Shown here piece by piece: positions 11,936-24,075 of a DNA stretch of 64,000 bases. The number at the start of each line of letters is the position of its first letter. Within the stretch, counting starts at the first letter, position 1. The translations under genes were made by a program, and so were the position numbers. Under the pieces are notes generated by a model. It had not been told where the DNA came from. It was given only the letters and a program-made list of their open reading frames with translations, and made no database searches. Source of the DNA: Waddliaceae bacterium. Its GTDB lineage: Bacteria > Chlamydiota > Chlamydiia > Chlamydiales > Waddliaceae. Location: NCBI GenBank assembly GCA_963724325.1, contig CAVRUH010000011.1, forward strand, positions 1 through 64,000, in the 5' to 3' direction.

Positions 11936-14900
11936 TGCCGATCCTGAGGGAGAGATTCAGCAGATACGATTTCCTCGGCTGAGTCTTACTTTACAAAAAA
12001 AAGGTAATGAGTGGGAATGCGTTGAGCAAAGTGGATGGAAGTTGGCCCCTGCTGAAGAGCAATTTGTCCCTCACTTTGGACCTAAAATGGGATTTTTGGT
12101 CCTGAAATACGAAGATAAGAAAAAAAAGGTGCTTCTGCCTCTTTGGAATTGTATTGCGCCTCTTAGAGAGGACAAAAATTATTCCTTACATTTTTCCTAT
12201 GACTACTATTTCTCCGACGAACTTAAACAACACTTTGTAGAATGCGATTTAATTGGCAATAAAGTTATACCTAAAACCATACAAGCACGTTTTCATTTGG
12301 CTCGAATATACATCCAAACAGGAAATATCGACGAAGCCGAAGAACTCCTTTTTGCTGTTGAGGCAGCATCAACGCATAAGAAACTTTCGGAAAATGAGCT
12401 AGCAATTCTTGAAGAAATTTCGCTTTTGACTTTTGGAGACATTGGTTCCCGCACCCTTAGAATTCGCTTGCGGGCACTATACCTGATGTTTAAAAATAAG
12501 GTGCAATTCAGCCCCTCAAAACAAAATATATATTTGTGCCTTAGTCATTATAATGGTCTCGTTAACGATTATATCAGCAGACTTAACCATATAGAACCTA
12601 TCGATCCTGTGGAAGAGCTTTTTCTGTTGAGATTAATGCAGGGACAAAAAATAGCAAAAAGAATAACTGAACTGGCTCCTCAGGATGAGGGATTTGCGGC
12701 ATCAGTAAAGATGGGTGGATATGTTGATAATCCTAAATTGAACTATTTTGATGATGTTCGTAATAAAGTATCTTTCACTATGGCATTAGAACCAGTACAT
12801 GAAAAACTATATGATGAAGCTCGTAAAGATAAGACCTTTCCTTTTGATATAATTCACGCGACATGGGATCAAGTTCAACCATATGGTTTACTAATGCAAA
12901 TGGAAGTAGAGGAGTTAACACTTGAGCTGGATTTCGTCCAATTTCAGAAAAAGGGATTCGAAAGCGGCTTTATACAAGGGATATTAGCCATGGCACTTCA
13001 AGGAAATGGCGATCCTAAAAAATTTGCACAAAACTTATGTCGTGAGGTTTTTAGGCATGATAGAATCAAAACAATCTTAAGGCAAAGAGCAGAACCTAGA
13101 ATTAGAGTAATAGGCCCAGCCGTTCCTGGTTTACCCGAGATCTCGCTGGCGGATGCGGGAGCAATATTACGAGATCTCCCTACCCTAATAAATGTCCAAG
13201 CCACCGAAAATGAAGGGGAGTTTTTGGATCAACTTGCTGTTCAAACTTTTGAGATAAGGGAAAAACCTATGGTTGAACAGCTTGAGGGGGAAGCTCCCTT
13301 CCTAAGTAAAAATTCCCCTGAAATCAAAGATGAAACCACTAAAGTTAAATTCGAGCAAACAAGGAAGGATATTGATGCAGCAAAGAAGATGATGAAAGGG
13401 ACAACCTACACATTAAAGGCCGGAAAGGATATGGGGGCATTTAAAGAAACGTGCGAGGTTGAACTAAAAACTGCGAAGAAAAAAATGGCGTTGATGGAAC
13501 AGACAATCACGCAATCAGTATCAATGACCCTTGCGTCAGATCCTATTTCGTATCTTCAATTTGCCTCTAAAAATAGAAAAGGTCCTTCGATAGCGGAGCT
13601 GTGCATTGTATGCGCGAAAAAAGGAGACTTTGCCGAGAAGCTTTATCCTGAGCTTTCTCTGGAGGGACTTAGTCAGTTGAAAGCAGCAATCATGCAATAC
13701 CTAGTACAAAAGCAATTTGTCCAGCACTTAGAACGGACGATCGTACAAGTGGATACTGTCCTAGAAGGTGGGGGAGCGGATCGAGCTTTAATCAATGAAA
13801 TGGGACGCAATTTGCAAGCTAAGTGTCAATATTCCTTGGATGATCCAAATGCGATGGTTTTTCTCTATATTGAAACTGTATTGAATATCAAGCTGCGAGA
13901 GAATCAGGTCATAAATATTCAGAAGTTTATTGACGGAGTCAATGGGAATAAGGAAGTTGTCCTTCAATCGATCATGGGCTCAGGTAAAACGAGTATTCTG
14001 CAACCCATTTTAGCATTTTTATTTGCTCGAACCGATACGCTATCTGTAGTGGATGTACCTGAATCATTATTGGCAATTGTAGTAGAGGCTCTGAAAGAGG
14101 TCCTAGGTGAAGCCTTCCACCAGTTTGTATATACAATGTCTTACGACCGTGAAAGCGCGAAAAATGAAGATTTCTTAAAGAACTACTATCAAACAATCTT
14201 AGAAGCTCAAAGTCGCGGAGCTTGCTATTTACGCACGCCGCGCACTAAGGATTCCATAATTGCAAGCCTATATGAGGCTTATTATGATCAAATAAAAGGG
14301 GTAAAAGGGGCGGAGCAAAGAATTGATCTCATCTCGAAAATTGTTAGTTTCCTTCAGATAAAAGAAGTAGTACAGGTTGATGAAATCGACAGCTCAATGA
14401 ATTCAAAGGTCATTTTTAAATTCCCTGTCGGCAGTTCAAGTCCAGTAGATAATGGAAAAGCATCCATTATTTCAAATCTTCTGCTAGATGCAGTCTTAGA
14501 TCCCGAAATTATACGGGCCGTATCATTAGAATTTGGCGAGGCTTTTCAAAAAAGGGTAGATCCCAATTATATCAAAAAAGGGGCAAGTCTTACTCCGCAG
14601 CTCTTTAAAGATGTTATTAGGCCGCGTCTAGGAGAGCTTGCTCTTACCCGCCTTAGAGAACAGATAGACGGATTTAATGTATTGGAGCAGAAAGATGAGC
14701 AAGGCTATCTTGGTTATTTTGTGACTCAAACGTCTCCCTATGATTTAGAAATCGAACAAAAGTTGACCAAAGAGGAAGAGGTTAACATATCGAAAATAAT
14801 AGATTCATCTATAAATTATCCCACGGACAGTAAGGAATGGCTCGTTGCACAGAAAATGGGATTCACCAATAGAGTGAACCGTTGGATAAAGCAGATGATA

Positions 14901-17613
14901 ACAAAACCTGCTGACCGTGAGCTGATCGGTGCCGTTGCGGATGCAATAAAGAATATTCTTCCCGAGTCAATGTCTAAGATATGTGGAACGAACTACGGTA
15001 TAGATCTAGATAAAGAAGGCATCTATGTTGCTAGACCTTATTTGGCTTCAAAAGCTATGAAGGTGAGTGTCTATTCTGATCCGCTGGAGCAACTTATTTA
15101 TTCCACACAAATGGTACTAAATTACGGGATCCCTAAAGATGCCGCGATTGTGATGTTGAAAGATCTTCAACTTAGAGCCAAAGAAGAAGTGCGTGAGGGA
15201 ATCGCACTTTCAGATAGCGATGCCTACAAAGAATTTAAAGAGATCTTAGGAATAGTTGGCGACAATTTCCAACTTCTTGAAGACCCACCCAGTGAAAATC
15301 TTATCAATGCTTTCTCAAAGTATTGCAGCATAAATCGGAATTGCATTTTTGACTTTTTACAATCTATGGTATTTCGACAAATAAAGGTATTCTCAGAGAG
15401 CATCTCAAGCACTCCACAATCATTTGCAGGGAGCTCAAAATGCGTCTGCGGCTATACCGGAACACTCAATCCAGGTATATTGTCGCGCACAGCTGAACCT
15501 CTACCTGAAGTGGGCACCGATGGCCAAACAATATTGGCAATACAACATAAAATGAAATCCGGAGAAGCTGAAACTTTAGTTTTCAACGAGAAAAAAGGAA
15601 AATTTACCGATCAAATCATTGATAAAATGGTACAGGGCAATGACGAAGAAATATTCGTCTTCATCGATAGTGGAGGTTGGTTGCGCGATGAAACCATATT
15701 AGAATTTGCAGAACGGCTATTCAAGGCCTGCAAAATAAATCGACCCGAAATCAAAGGGATCGTCTACCACAATGAAAAAGGAGAATTAGTTTCTCTTGAA
15801 CCTGAGCAAATGGGATCAGACAAACTCATCGAAGTTCCACTAGCTTTGTCTAATTACAAGACTGCCGAGGGTGAACAACTGACGATAATTGCCCAAAGAT
15901 ATGAAACAGGAACAGATATCAAACAAAAACCAACTGCAAAGGCTTTCACGAGCATCCGTAAGGAAATGACGAAGCGAGATGGCCTGCAGAGTGTGTTCCG
16001 TATGCGTCAAATTTTGTTTGATCAAACAGTATCCTTTGTAATGACGGATGAAATAAAAGATTATATTGCTGCTGGAATCCTAGGGGGGCTCTTATCCAGA
16101 CCTCAATTCAAGGCATTGTTCAGCAGTAACAAGATCGTAGCGCCAGAACAATTTAATCTGGCAGTGGTTGGAATCGAACTCTCCGACAAACTTAGAGCTG
16201 AATTAATGGAAGTCTTAGGAAAATATAACTCTCAGCCCATTTCAATAATGCCAAAAGTACGTATTTCTGCCTTTTCAAAACTATTCTCAGACAAGTTCTG
16301 TCCTGATTCCGAAGATGTCTGGCGCTACATGATCACAAATGAGGCATTGGTAGAACAAACTAAAAATTGGGAAGCAGGAAAGCAAAGAATGTCCGAAGTC
16401 ATTGGAAAACCCCTTCGCATGCTGCTTTCGGATCTAACACTTTCTCTTGATGTTAGAACCTCCGCTTTCACTCACTTCAAGAATTTTTTAATAGAAAAAG
16501 CAAATGATAGTTCATTCGATAAAATGACCGCAGAAAGCATCGTCGTAGATGCCGAGAATGCAATCGAAATAGAAAAAGCAAAATATCAAAACATGTATGA
16601 TGAAATGTTGAAAACAGCTCCTAATAAAGTCATTGAGGCTTATAATAGAAATGTAATTATCATTCGCGATAATGAAAAAATGGGACAGCTTGACCCGAGA
16701 TCCGTCATTGCATCTCAATTAAATGACTGCATAGACAAAACAAACATCCCTAACTTTATCGAAATTTCAAATAATCCAGTTGGTTCAGAACTTCAGTTGA
16801 TGCTTGAGAAAGAAGCCCGGGATCAAGTACAAAACGAAAGACAGATAGAAATAGAAAAGGTGTTAAGTAATATCGAAAACAAAAACTATAAACATTTATG
16901 TAAATTCTATACTTTTTACAAACCGATAGACCTTTTTGGTACAGCCTTTAATAAACTATCTGTGGTATTGCCTTTGCCTACGCTAAGTCTACCTGATAAG
17001 ATGCGCATTGAATACTCTCCAAACCTTTTCATCGACAATGCCAAAATAAATACGCCTCAACATGCAGCCTATCGGATTCCCGGCAGATATATTCTCGTTC
17101 TTAAAAATCCCGGTGGATGCCCTGAGATTCGTTATGTGATGGTCAGTACAAAAGATGCTCAGTACATCAAACAAGGAATTTTGATAAATGAGGGTATCCT
17201 ACGCAAAGGATCTGAAGTAAGCCTGATTGATTATGATAGAAATCTAATTGTTTCAAATATGAAGTCTCCGTTGTCAATCAATGATTCAAGTGAACTGAAA
17301 CGCATTTGCGTTCAGGCAAAATTATGTACCGGTAAAACGAATTTTTCTAAAGAAGATATTTCTATCATTGAGGCCATGTGCGAGAAGAGCCGTGTTAGGA
17401 TAGAAGAACTGCATATTTTCGTAAGAGATACCCTTAGGTTCATGCCAGCCGCCGCAGCAAGATTCCACGGCAGCACCCTCCAAAAATTTTTCCTCGGCTA
17501 CCAAAAACTGTAGAAAAGAATGGCTGCAATAATGACTTTGCTCATTTTGTTCTTAATCCTTAAATGTAAATGTGTTATTATGAGTAAATGGCTACACGAA
17601 AAAGTGATGGGAT

Positions 17614-20600
17614 ATGACTTTACCGAAGTTTTTACAGAAATATAAGCAGGAGGCGAAAACCTACCTCGAAAAAGGACTGGTCCGAGATATTGAATTCTCA
17701 GGCCCAACCTATCAAGTACAGGTGTACGATCCCTCAACCAAAAAAGAAGAATGGGCATTTTTACAGCTCGATCCAAAAGGATGGATCCAAGATAGCTTTT
17801 GTTCATGCGAAGAGGGTGACAAATGCATCCACCTAGCAACTGCATACCTTCGTGTCTTCAATAATGGCGATCTGCCCCTGCACGAACGATTCCAACGCTC
17901 TCTTTGGAATAAGCTTTGCTTCCTTTTTACCGAACACTGCGGAGACGATCCAAGTCTCATTCAAGAAATCGATCCGGACCACTATGTCTACAAAAATGAA
18001 ACCGGCGATACCCTATTTTTCGTCAAAACAAAGAACCAGAAAAGTCAAAAACGACTCTGGAATATGCTATTTAATAGGACTCGGCAAACAGAAGAAAATT
18101 CACTAAAATTTTCCAATCTCTCTGAAGATGAAATCGCCCTTTGGCGCCAAGGCAGACCTAATTTTGAACTGAAATACGAACTTTCCTTCTGGAATGACCT
18201 GGCCAAATGGCTCTTTCTCATGCAAGACGAAGGTACCCGCTACTCCATATCATTCCGTTACTCAGAAAAGGAAATTCCCAACGAAATCATCATCAAATTT
18301 CCCTCGTTAGAAGTCGGATTCACCCTTGCCGAAGCAAATTTATCCTTTATTATTCCCGCCTTAGCAACTGTCAAGTCACCTTTGAGCATCCACCAAGTGG
18401 GGCAGGAATCAATGCAAAAAATCACTTACGATAAAGTCCATGGAGAACTCTTGATTAAACGGGATGGCATGGCTCCTGTCAAAGAAGAAAAAGGAGTGAC
18501 TCTCAATGATTGGGTATTTGTCCCCGGCGACGGTTTTTATTCAAGAACAGAAGGGGGAGGTCTCCAGCAATCACGCCTTTCAGGTGAAATGATCGCGAAA
18601 GCTCTTACTGAACAATATGGATTAATCAAATCCCGTCTAGAGCATGCACGCCTCCATTTGGATCCTGTTCATGTATCATATGATATTCGCTTTGATGATC
18701 AATGGAATTTCCACATTGCCGCCTATTTGTTTGCTCCAGGAGATCTTAGCACCCAATTTTCCAAATTGTATGGTGATTGGGCCTATCTCGAGGACGACGG
18801 ATTTTATCCTGTTGAAGGTCTCATGTTTGATGCAATCGAAACGGTGATTCCTGTGAACAAAGTCAGCAGTTTCGTCCGAGAGCAACGTACATGGCTGGGT
18901 CACCATACTGGCTTTGAAACGCACATCACTGGGATTGAAACTCAATTAACCTATTTGCTTTCCCCTCAAGGAGTCCTTCGATTCATTCGCAAGGTGGCTT
19001 TTGAAGAATCATCCCAAGAAATCAAAGATTTTGGAGAATGGGTCTACGTCAAAGGTGAAGGCTTTTTCTCAAAAACAGGGCCTTCAATCCCAAGTGCTAT
19101 TTCTCATGGAATGGTGATTTCCTCAGATCAGGTGCCTTTATTTATTCATCAGCATCATGAAGAACTACAATTAATTCCAGGTTTTTTCAGTTCAACTTCC
19201 CCTATAGAAAAAGGAGGGGTCCGTGTTGAGGTCAAAGAAGATCAATCAATTGAAATCTCTCCTGAATACAAGATATTTGAAAATTGCCGAAATAAATCGA
19301 TCCGGTTTTTTGACGATTTCGTCTATGTGGAAGGGGAGGGATTCCACGAACTTTCCGGTAGTGCGCGACTGCCCGAGCCATTCCGCCATCTCGTTCACAT
19401 TCCGGAGGATAAAACCCCAGATTTTGTTAGCACGGAATTAAATATTATTAAGCAATTTGTAAGCTATCTCGATCCTCGCCTTGTGACTCATCCAAAACTT
19501 GAGCTTAAAGCAAAATCTATTGTGTTAGAAGATGATAAATACCAACTCAGAATGGACTACTTTACAGAGGCGGGGCAAGTCAAATTCATAAACCTATGGA
19601 GAGCCATCCAAGGGAAAAAACCTTTTCTTTTTTCTGAAGCGGGTCTTATCGACCTCAAGGATTCCCGTTTTCATCCTCTACGTTTTATTGTAAAAAAACA
19701 GGTCGACCTCAAGAGCAATATAGTAAAGCTGTCGACAATGGAATTATTGCGTCTTCTCGCATTTGAAAAAGTTGATGTGCAAGAGGGAAAAGAGCTTATC
19801 GACGACCTCATGCAGGGCGGCATTTCATCTCAGCCCAATTTGACCGGCATGGGAGGAACTCTTCGTCCCTATCAAATCAATGGAGTTCACTGGCTGTGGC
19901 ATTTGTTCCAACATAATTTGTCCGGCCTTCTTTGTGACGATATGGGCTTAGGAAAGACGCACCAGGCCATGGCCCTTTTATCTGCCGTCCGGAATCGTCA
20001 GCAAGCTCCAAGTAAATTTCTAATCATATGCCCGACGTCAGTTATTTATCACTGGGAAGAAAAACTGCTCAGGTACCTCCCAGAACTACGTGTCTGCACC
20101 TTCCACGGCACCGGAAGAACCCTCGAAGAGCACGAAGTGTTACTCACTTCGTACGGAATCTGGAGAAGAGAACACAAATTCCTTTCGCAATTTAATTTTG
20201 ACGTCGCAGTTTTCGATGAAATTCAATCAGCAAAAAATCCGGGAAGCATCCTTTTTAACTCATTGATGTCAGTAAAATCAAAAATGAAGTTGGGACTCAC
20301 CGGCACTCCCATTGAAAATCGTCTTCATGACGTAAAAGCCCTCTTCGATATCGTACTGCCAAACTACATGCCTTCCGAAAGTGAGTTCAAAGCCCTTTTT
20401 GTAACCCCTATCGAGCGGGATCGCGATAAGGCACGCCAGGGATTGCTTTCAAGATTTATCAAGCCGTTCATCATCCGTAGAAAAAAATCTGAAGTTCTAT
20501 TTGATCTACCTGAAAAAGTGGAAGAAATTGCCCACTGCGATCTCTCCTATGATCAGGCTAATCTCTATAATGAAGTGCTCATCCAAATGCGGGAAGGGAT

Positions 20601-21255
20601 CGTACGCGACCTCAAAGAAGGAGTTGTCTCCTACATTCACATCTTTGCCGTTTTATCCGCTTTGAAGCAAATATGCAATCACCCGGCTGCCTACCTAAAA
20701 AAACCGGAAGAATACAAAAATTTCACTTCAGGAAAGTGGGATTTATTTGTCGAACTTCTCAATGAAGCTCGCGAAAGTCAGCAAAAAGTTGTAATATTCT
20801 CGCAATATTTGTCGATGTTAGATATAATGGAAGCCCATTTGGATGAGAATAATATCGAATTTGCCACAATACGAGGTTCAACCCTTGACCGTGGAAAACA
20901 GGTGGAACGATTCAACAAAGACCCAAAATGCGAGGTTTTTTTGGGGTCATTGCAAGCGGCAGGCTGGGGGATTGACCTAACTGCTGCTTCCGTAGTGATC
21001 CATTACGATAGATGGTGGAACGCAGCCCGCGAAGACCAAGCCACCGACCGAGTCCATCGTATCGGCCAAACGCGCGGAGTGCAAGTATTTAAATTAGTGA
21101 CGAAGAATACATTTGAAGAGAGAATCGACAACCTGATCGAACAAAAAGGAAAACTGATGGAAGATGTCATCGGATTCGATGATCACCAGTTTGTCAAGAA
21201 ATTCTCTCAAGAAGAAATTCTTCAGTTATTGCAAGAGGTTAAAATAAATGATTAA
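17614..21255 (+). CDS. SWIM zinc-finger SNF2/SWI2-family helicase
   Basis: CSC..CIH SWIM motif; LRPYQ, LCDDMGLGKT, DEIQ, LTGTPIEN, QATDRVHRIGQ. Confidence 0.94.
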   Translation: MTLPKFLQKYKQEAKTYLEKGLVRDIEFSGPTYQVQVYDPSTKKEEWAFLQLDPKGWIQDSFCSCEEGDKCIHLATAYLRVFNNGDLPLHERFQRSLWNKLCFLFTEHCGDDPSLIQEIDPDHYVYKNETGDTLFFVKTKNQKSQKRLWNMLFNRTRQTEENSLKFSNLSEDEIALWRQGRPNFELKYELSFWNDLAKWLFLMQDEGTRYSISFRYSEKEIPNEIIIKFPSLEVGFTLAEANLSFIIPALATVKSPLSIHQVGQESMQKITYDKVHGELLIKRDGMAPVKEEKGVTLNDWVFVPGDGFYSRTEGGGLQQSRLSGEMIAKALTEQYGLIKSRLEHARLHLDPVHVSYDIRFDDQWNFHIAAYLFAPGDLSTQFSKLYGDWAYLEDDGFYPVEGLMFDAIETVIPVNKVSSFVREQRTWLGHHTGFETHITGIETQLTYLLSPQGVLRFIRKVAFEESSQEIKDFGEWVYVKGEGFFSKTGPSIPSAISHGMVISSDQVPLFIHQHHEELQLIPGFFSSTSPIEKGGVRVEVKEDQSIEISPEYKIFENCRNKSIRFFDDFVYVEGEGFHELSGSARLPEPFRHLVHIPEDKTPDFVSTELNIIKQFVSYLDPRLVTHPKLELKAKSIVLEDDKYQLRMDYFTEAGQVKFINLWRAIQGKKPFLFSEAGLIDLKDSRFHPLRFIVKKQVDLKSNIVKLSTMELLRLLAFEKVDVQEGKELIDDLMQGGISSQPNLTGMGGTLRPYQINGVHWLWHLFQHNLSGLLCDDMGLGKTHQAMALLSAVRNRQQAPSKFLIICPTSVIYHWEEKLLRYLPELRVCTFHGTGRTLEEHEVLLTSYGIWRREHKFLSQFNFDVAVFDEIQSAKNPGSILFNSLMSVKSKMKLGLTGTPIENRLHDVKALFDIVLPNYMPSESEFKALFVTPIERDRDKARQGLLSRFIKPFIIRRKKSEVLFDLPEKVEEIAHCDLSYDQANLYNEVLIQMREGIVRDLKEGVVSYIHIFAVLSALKQICNHPAAYLKKPEEYKNFTSGKWDLFVELLNEARESQQKVVIFSQYLSMLDIMEAHLDENNIEFATIRGSTLDRGKQVERFNKDPKCEVFLGSLQAAGWGIDLTAASVVIHYDRWWNAAREDQATDRVHRIGQTRGVQVFKLVTKNTFEERIDNLIEQKGKLMEDVIGFDDHQFVKKFSQEEILQLLQEVKIND

Positions 21256-22945
21256 ATTCAACGGACTGACAAAGACATTTGGAAGTAGAATATTATTTGA
21301 TAATCTCTCTTTTGTCATGAATAAGGGGGATAAATGTTCTCTCGTAGGAAAAAATGGAACAGGTAAAACCACCCTTCTGCGTCTCATCGCCGGATTAGAA
21401 GAACCCGACAGCGGATCAGTTTCTATACCAAAAGGCTATCGCGTCGGAATGCTCAAACAACACCTTAACTTCACACAATACACCGTCGTAGATGAGGCCT
21501 GTCTTGGATTGCCTCCCGAACGGAGTCATGAACAATACCAAGCTGAAAAAATTCTTACAGGCCTCGGATTCCTGGAAGATGACCTCTGGAGTCCTCCCGA
21601 AAATTTTTCCGGTGGATATCAAATCCGTATCGAACTGTGTAAATTGCTTCTTTCCGAACCCGATTGCCTCCTGCTTGATGAACCTTCAAACTATCTTGAC
21701 GTATTATCCCTCCGCTGGCTCGTCCGCTTTCTACAGGATTGGAGAGGAGAGATCATCATGGTCTCTCACGATCGCGAATTTCTCGACGACGTCTCAACCC
21801 ATACTATGGGGATCCACCGCGGAAAAATGAAAAAAGTCGAAGGCGGCACCGAAGAATACTACACCCAGGTTCTGCAAGAAGAAGAAATCCATGAAAAAAC
21901 ACGGGTCAATCTCGAAAAACAAAAAGCACACTTGCAATCTTTTGTCGATCGATTCGGCGCCAAAGCGTCTAAAGCCGCACAGGCACGCTCCCGCACAAAG
22001 GCCATTGATAGAATGCCCGTTCTAGAAAAACTCGCCGGGCTCATGAACCTCGACTTCCAATTTAGATATGCACCATATACCAGCCAAAAGGTCCTCACTG
22101 CTACCGATGTAGCTTTTGCCTACGCCGGAATGGAAGAGCAGCTCATTCACGATTTCAACATGCTCATTGAAAATGGAGATAAAATTGCCATCATCGGAAA
22201 AAACGGCAAAGGAAAATCCACCCTCCTCCAACTCCTAGCAACCCTTCTAGAGCCTCAAAAAGGGACAATTCAAATCCCCGATAACATTCGGATCGGATAC
22301 TTTGGTCAAACGAATATCAACCGGCTTGATCCCAAAAAGACCATCTACGAAGAAGTCTCGCTTGCAAATCCAGCTCTCAATATCACACAAGTGCGCAGCA
22401 TCTGCGGAACAATGATGTTTCCCGGAGATGACTCAAGCAAAACCATAAGTGTCCTCTCCGGCGGCGAGCGCAGCCGTGTCCTTTTAGGAAAAATCCTGGC
22501 CTCACCCTGCAACGTTCTGCTCCTCGATGAACCTACAAACCACTTGGATATGGAATCTGTAGAAGCTCTAGTGACGGCAGTAGAAGCTTTCCAAGGTGTC
22601 GTCGTCATTGTCTCACATACCGAGTGGATTTTGCACCGTATTGCCAAGAAAATTGTCATTTGCCATCAGGGTGAGCAGCAAATGTTCGATGGCAACTACG
22701 AAGATTTTCTACGCAAAGTGGGCTGGGAGGAGGAAGCACCTCCAGTCAAAAAAATGGAGAAGCCCAAAAAGTCCAATAAAGATAGAATTAAAACTCTCGA
22801 AAAGGAAATTGCAGACCTCTATATAGCCATAGATGAAAAGAAAACCGAGCTCTCCATCGAGTCCTCAAATAAGGGAACCCGTCAACTTGAGGAGCTCAAC
22901 AAAAAACTTGAAGGTCTCTACAAAGAGTACGAGTCGCTCTGTTAA
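21248..22945 (+). CDS. ABC-F family ATPase
   Basis: Two ABC domains (GKNGTGKT/FSGGY/LLLDEPSN; GKNGKGKST/LSGGE/LLLDEPTNH), no TM segments, C-terminal coiled coil. Confidence 0.94.
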   Translation: MIKFNGLTKTFGSRILFDNLSFVMNKGDKCSLVGKNGTGKTTLLRLIAGLEEPDSGSVSIPKGYRVGMLKQHLNFTQYTVVDEACLGLPPERSHEQYQAEKILTGLGFLEDDLWSPPENFSGGYQIRIELCKLLLSEPDCLLLDEPSNYLDVLSLRWLVRFLQDWRGEIIMVSHDREFLDDVSTHTMGIHRGKMKKVEGGTEEYYTQVLQEEEIHEKTRVNLEKQKAHLQSFVDRFGAKASKAAQARSRTKAIDRMPVLEKLAGLMNLDFQFRYAPYTSQKVLTATDVAFAYAGMEEQLIHDFNMLIENGDKIAIIGKNGKGKSTLLQLLATLLEPQKGTIQIPDNIRIGYFGQTNINRLDPKKTIYEEVSLANPALNITQVRSICGTMMFPGDDSSKTISVLSGGERSRVLLGKILASPCNVLLLDEPTNHLDMESVEALVTAVEAFQGVVVIVSHTEWILHRIAKKIVICHQGEQQMFDGNYEDFLRKVGWEEEAPPVKKMEKPKKSNKDRIKTLEKEIADLYIAIDEKKTELSIESSNKGTRQLEELNKKLEGLYKEYESLC

Positions 22946-23024
22946 TGCCAGGTGTCAACACCATCAATCTCTGAATATTGTAGGTTTGAGCAATAACGAT
23001 ATATGCTTGATATAAAGGCTAAAT

Positions 23025-23879
23025 TTAATCAGACATGTTATTAATTTCTTTAATCAACTGGAACTTTAGGGTTTCAGCTTGCATTAAGTAGCCTATAATT
23101 TTTTTTATGATGTCCCTTGGCATCCCGTTAAAGACTGAGTCCTTTCGAAATTTCCAAATTCCATAAACTGTATGCGGGACATTCATAAATAATGATTCAG
23201 GAGCAGCTGCACAAAAATCGTCAATTTTCTGATAGCTGATTTTTTTGCAAGCGTAGTTACATAACAAATCCTCTTCTAAAACCACTTGCGCACCAAGCCG
23301 ATTTTGTGAAATATCTTTACATACAGAAAATACTTTATCGACTATCTGAGAATGGTCAACAAAGGCTCGGTTTCCAAGCGAATTAAGGCCCAAGAAGGTT
23401 CTAAGTCTAAATAGTGGGTTTATCTGAGAATTGTCAAAAAAGGCTTGGTCTCCAAGTAAATTAAGGTCCAAGGAGGTCGCAGCTCTACATAGTGTGATCA
23501 TCTTTGGTAATGCTAAATTTAGGAATTTTTGTGATGAGCCACAAACTAATCCATGTGTAAGTAATAGCAGAGTCCTATCACATTCATACTGAGTGCAATC
23601 AGCCGTTGGCACCCTTAATAGTCTTACCATTTTCAGGAAATTTTTAGCTCGATTACTTTCTTTAATATTTACCTCAATTTGAGCTTTATCGAATACTTTT
23701 TCGAAAAGCCCTTGGACCATCCCGAAAATCCCTTGAGGTTGTTTGTTTTGTTCTAAGTATTTAACTGCCGTGTCTTCCAAAGCCTTACTGAGAAATTCGC
23801 AATTAGTATAAAAAATCTTAAATTCTTCCGGCAATAAATCTTCAGGATTGATATTTAATCTTTGCATTATAGGGTTCAT
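23025..23879 (-). CDS. Hypothetical protein with a short internal repeat and a possible C-terminal F-box-like motif
   Basis: 284-aa ORF; LLGDQAFFDNSQI/SLGNRAFVDHSQI repeat; FNGMPRDIIKKIIGYL near the C-terminus. Confidence 0.65.
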   Translation of the reverse strand: MNPIMQRLNINPEDLLPEEFKIFYTNCEFLSKALEDTAVKYLEQNKQPQGIFGMVQGLFEKVFDKAQIEVNIKESNRAKNFLKMVRLLRVPTADCTQYECDRTLLLLTHGLVCGSSQKFLNLALPKMITLCRAATSLDLNLLGDQAFFDNSQINPLFRLRTFLGLNSLGNRAFVDHSQIVDKVFSVCKDISQNRLGAQVVLEEDLLCNYACKKISYQKIDDFCAAAPESLFMNVPHTVYGIWKFRKDSVFNGMPRDIIKKIIGYLMQAETLKFQLIKEINNMSD

Positions 23880-23990
23880 AATAAAATTCCCTTTTTAAGT
23901 TTATATTTAAATAATAATTAATATTTTAACAAACATTCGATTTTAATGCAAGGTAATAAAACATAATTTTTCCGGGAAAGCCGCTAGCTA

Positions 23991-24020
23991 TTGACATGAT
24001 AAAGAATTTTATGTTATAAT
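23991..24020 (+). promoter_or_regulatory. Near-consensus sigma70/sigma66 promoter with extended -10, for the 24076 gene
   Basis: TTGACA-18 bp-TATAAT with TG at the extended -10 position; GGAGG RBS before ATG 24076. Confidence 0.7.
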
Positions 24021-24075
24021 GAAGTTCGAGATAAAAAAGAAATTAACACATTAAAATTATTATCCGGAGGTTTTT

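Larger units (their letters stand above)
5947..17513 (+). pseudogene. Giant protein gene (~3,246 aa reconstructed) interrupted by an IS1634-family element; N-terminal cysteine-peptidase-like motif set and C-terminal DUF3638-like P-loop/SF2-like domain
   Basis: 5947-10109 joined to 11936-17513 gives 9,741 bp in one frame (..GNTVFLADPEGEIQQIRFPRL..SGWKLAPAEEQF..). Motifs: GGWRDHS/YNEGAG/QRSGTC; MGSGKT, VDEID, GYTGT, FIDSGG, TGTDIK, QSVFRMR. Confidence 0.88.

Noticed and set aside
12042..17513. Independent 1,823-aa gene
   Set aside because: The frame is open back to the IS end and continues the 5947 ORF exactly. The TTG start is an artefact of the insertion.
17614..21255. SNF2 helicase as part of a phage-defence system
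   Set aside because: SWIM-SNF2 proteins are ordinary in chlamydiae, and no methylase or nuclease partners are adjacent.
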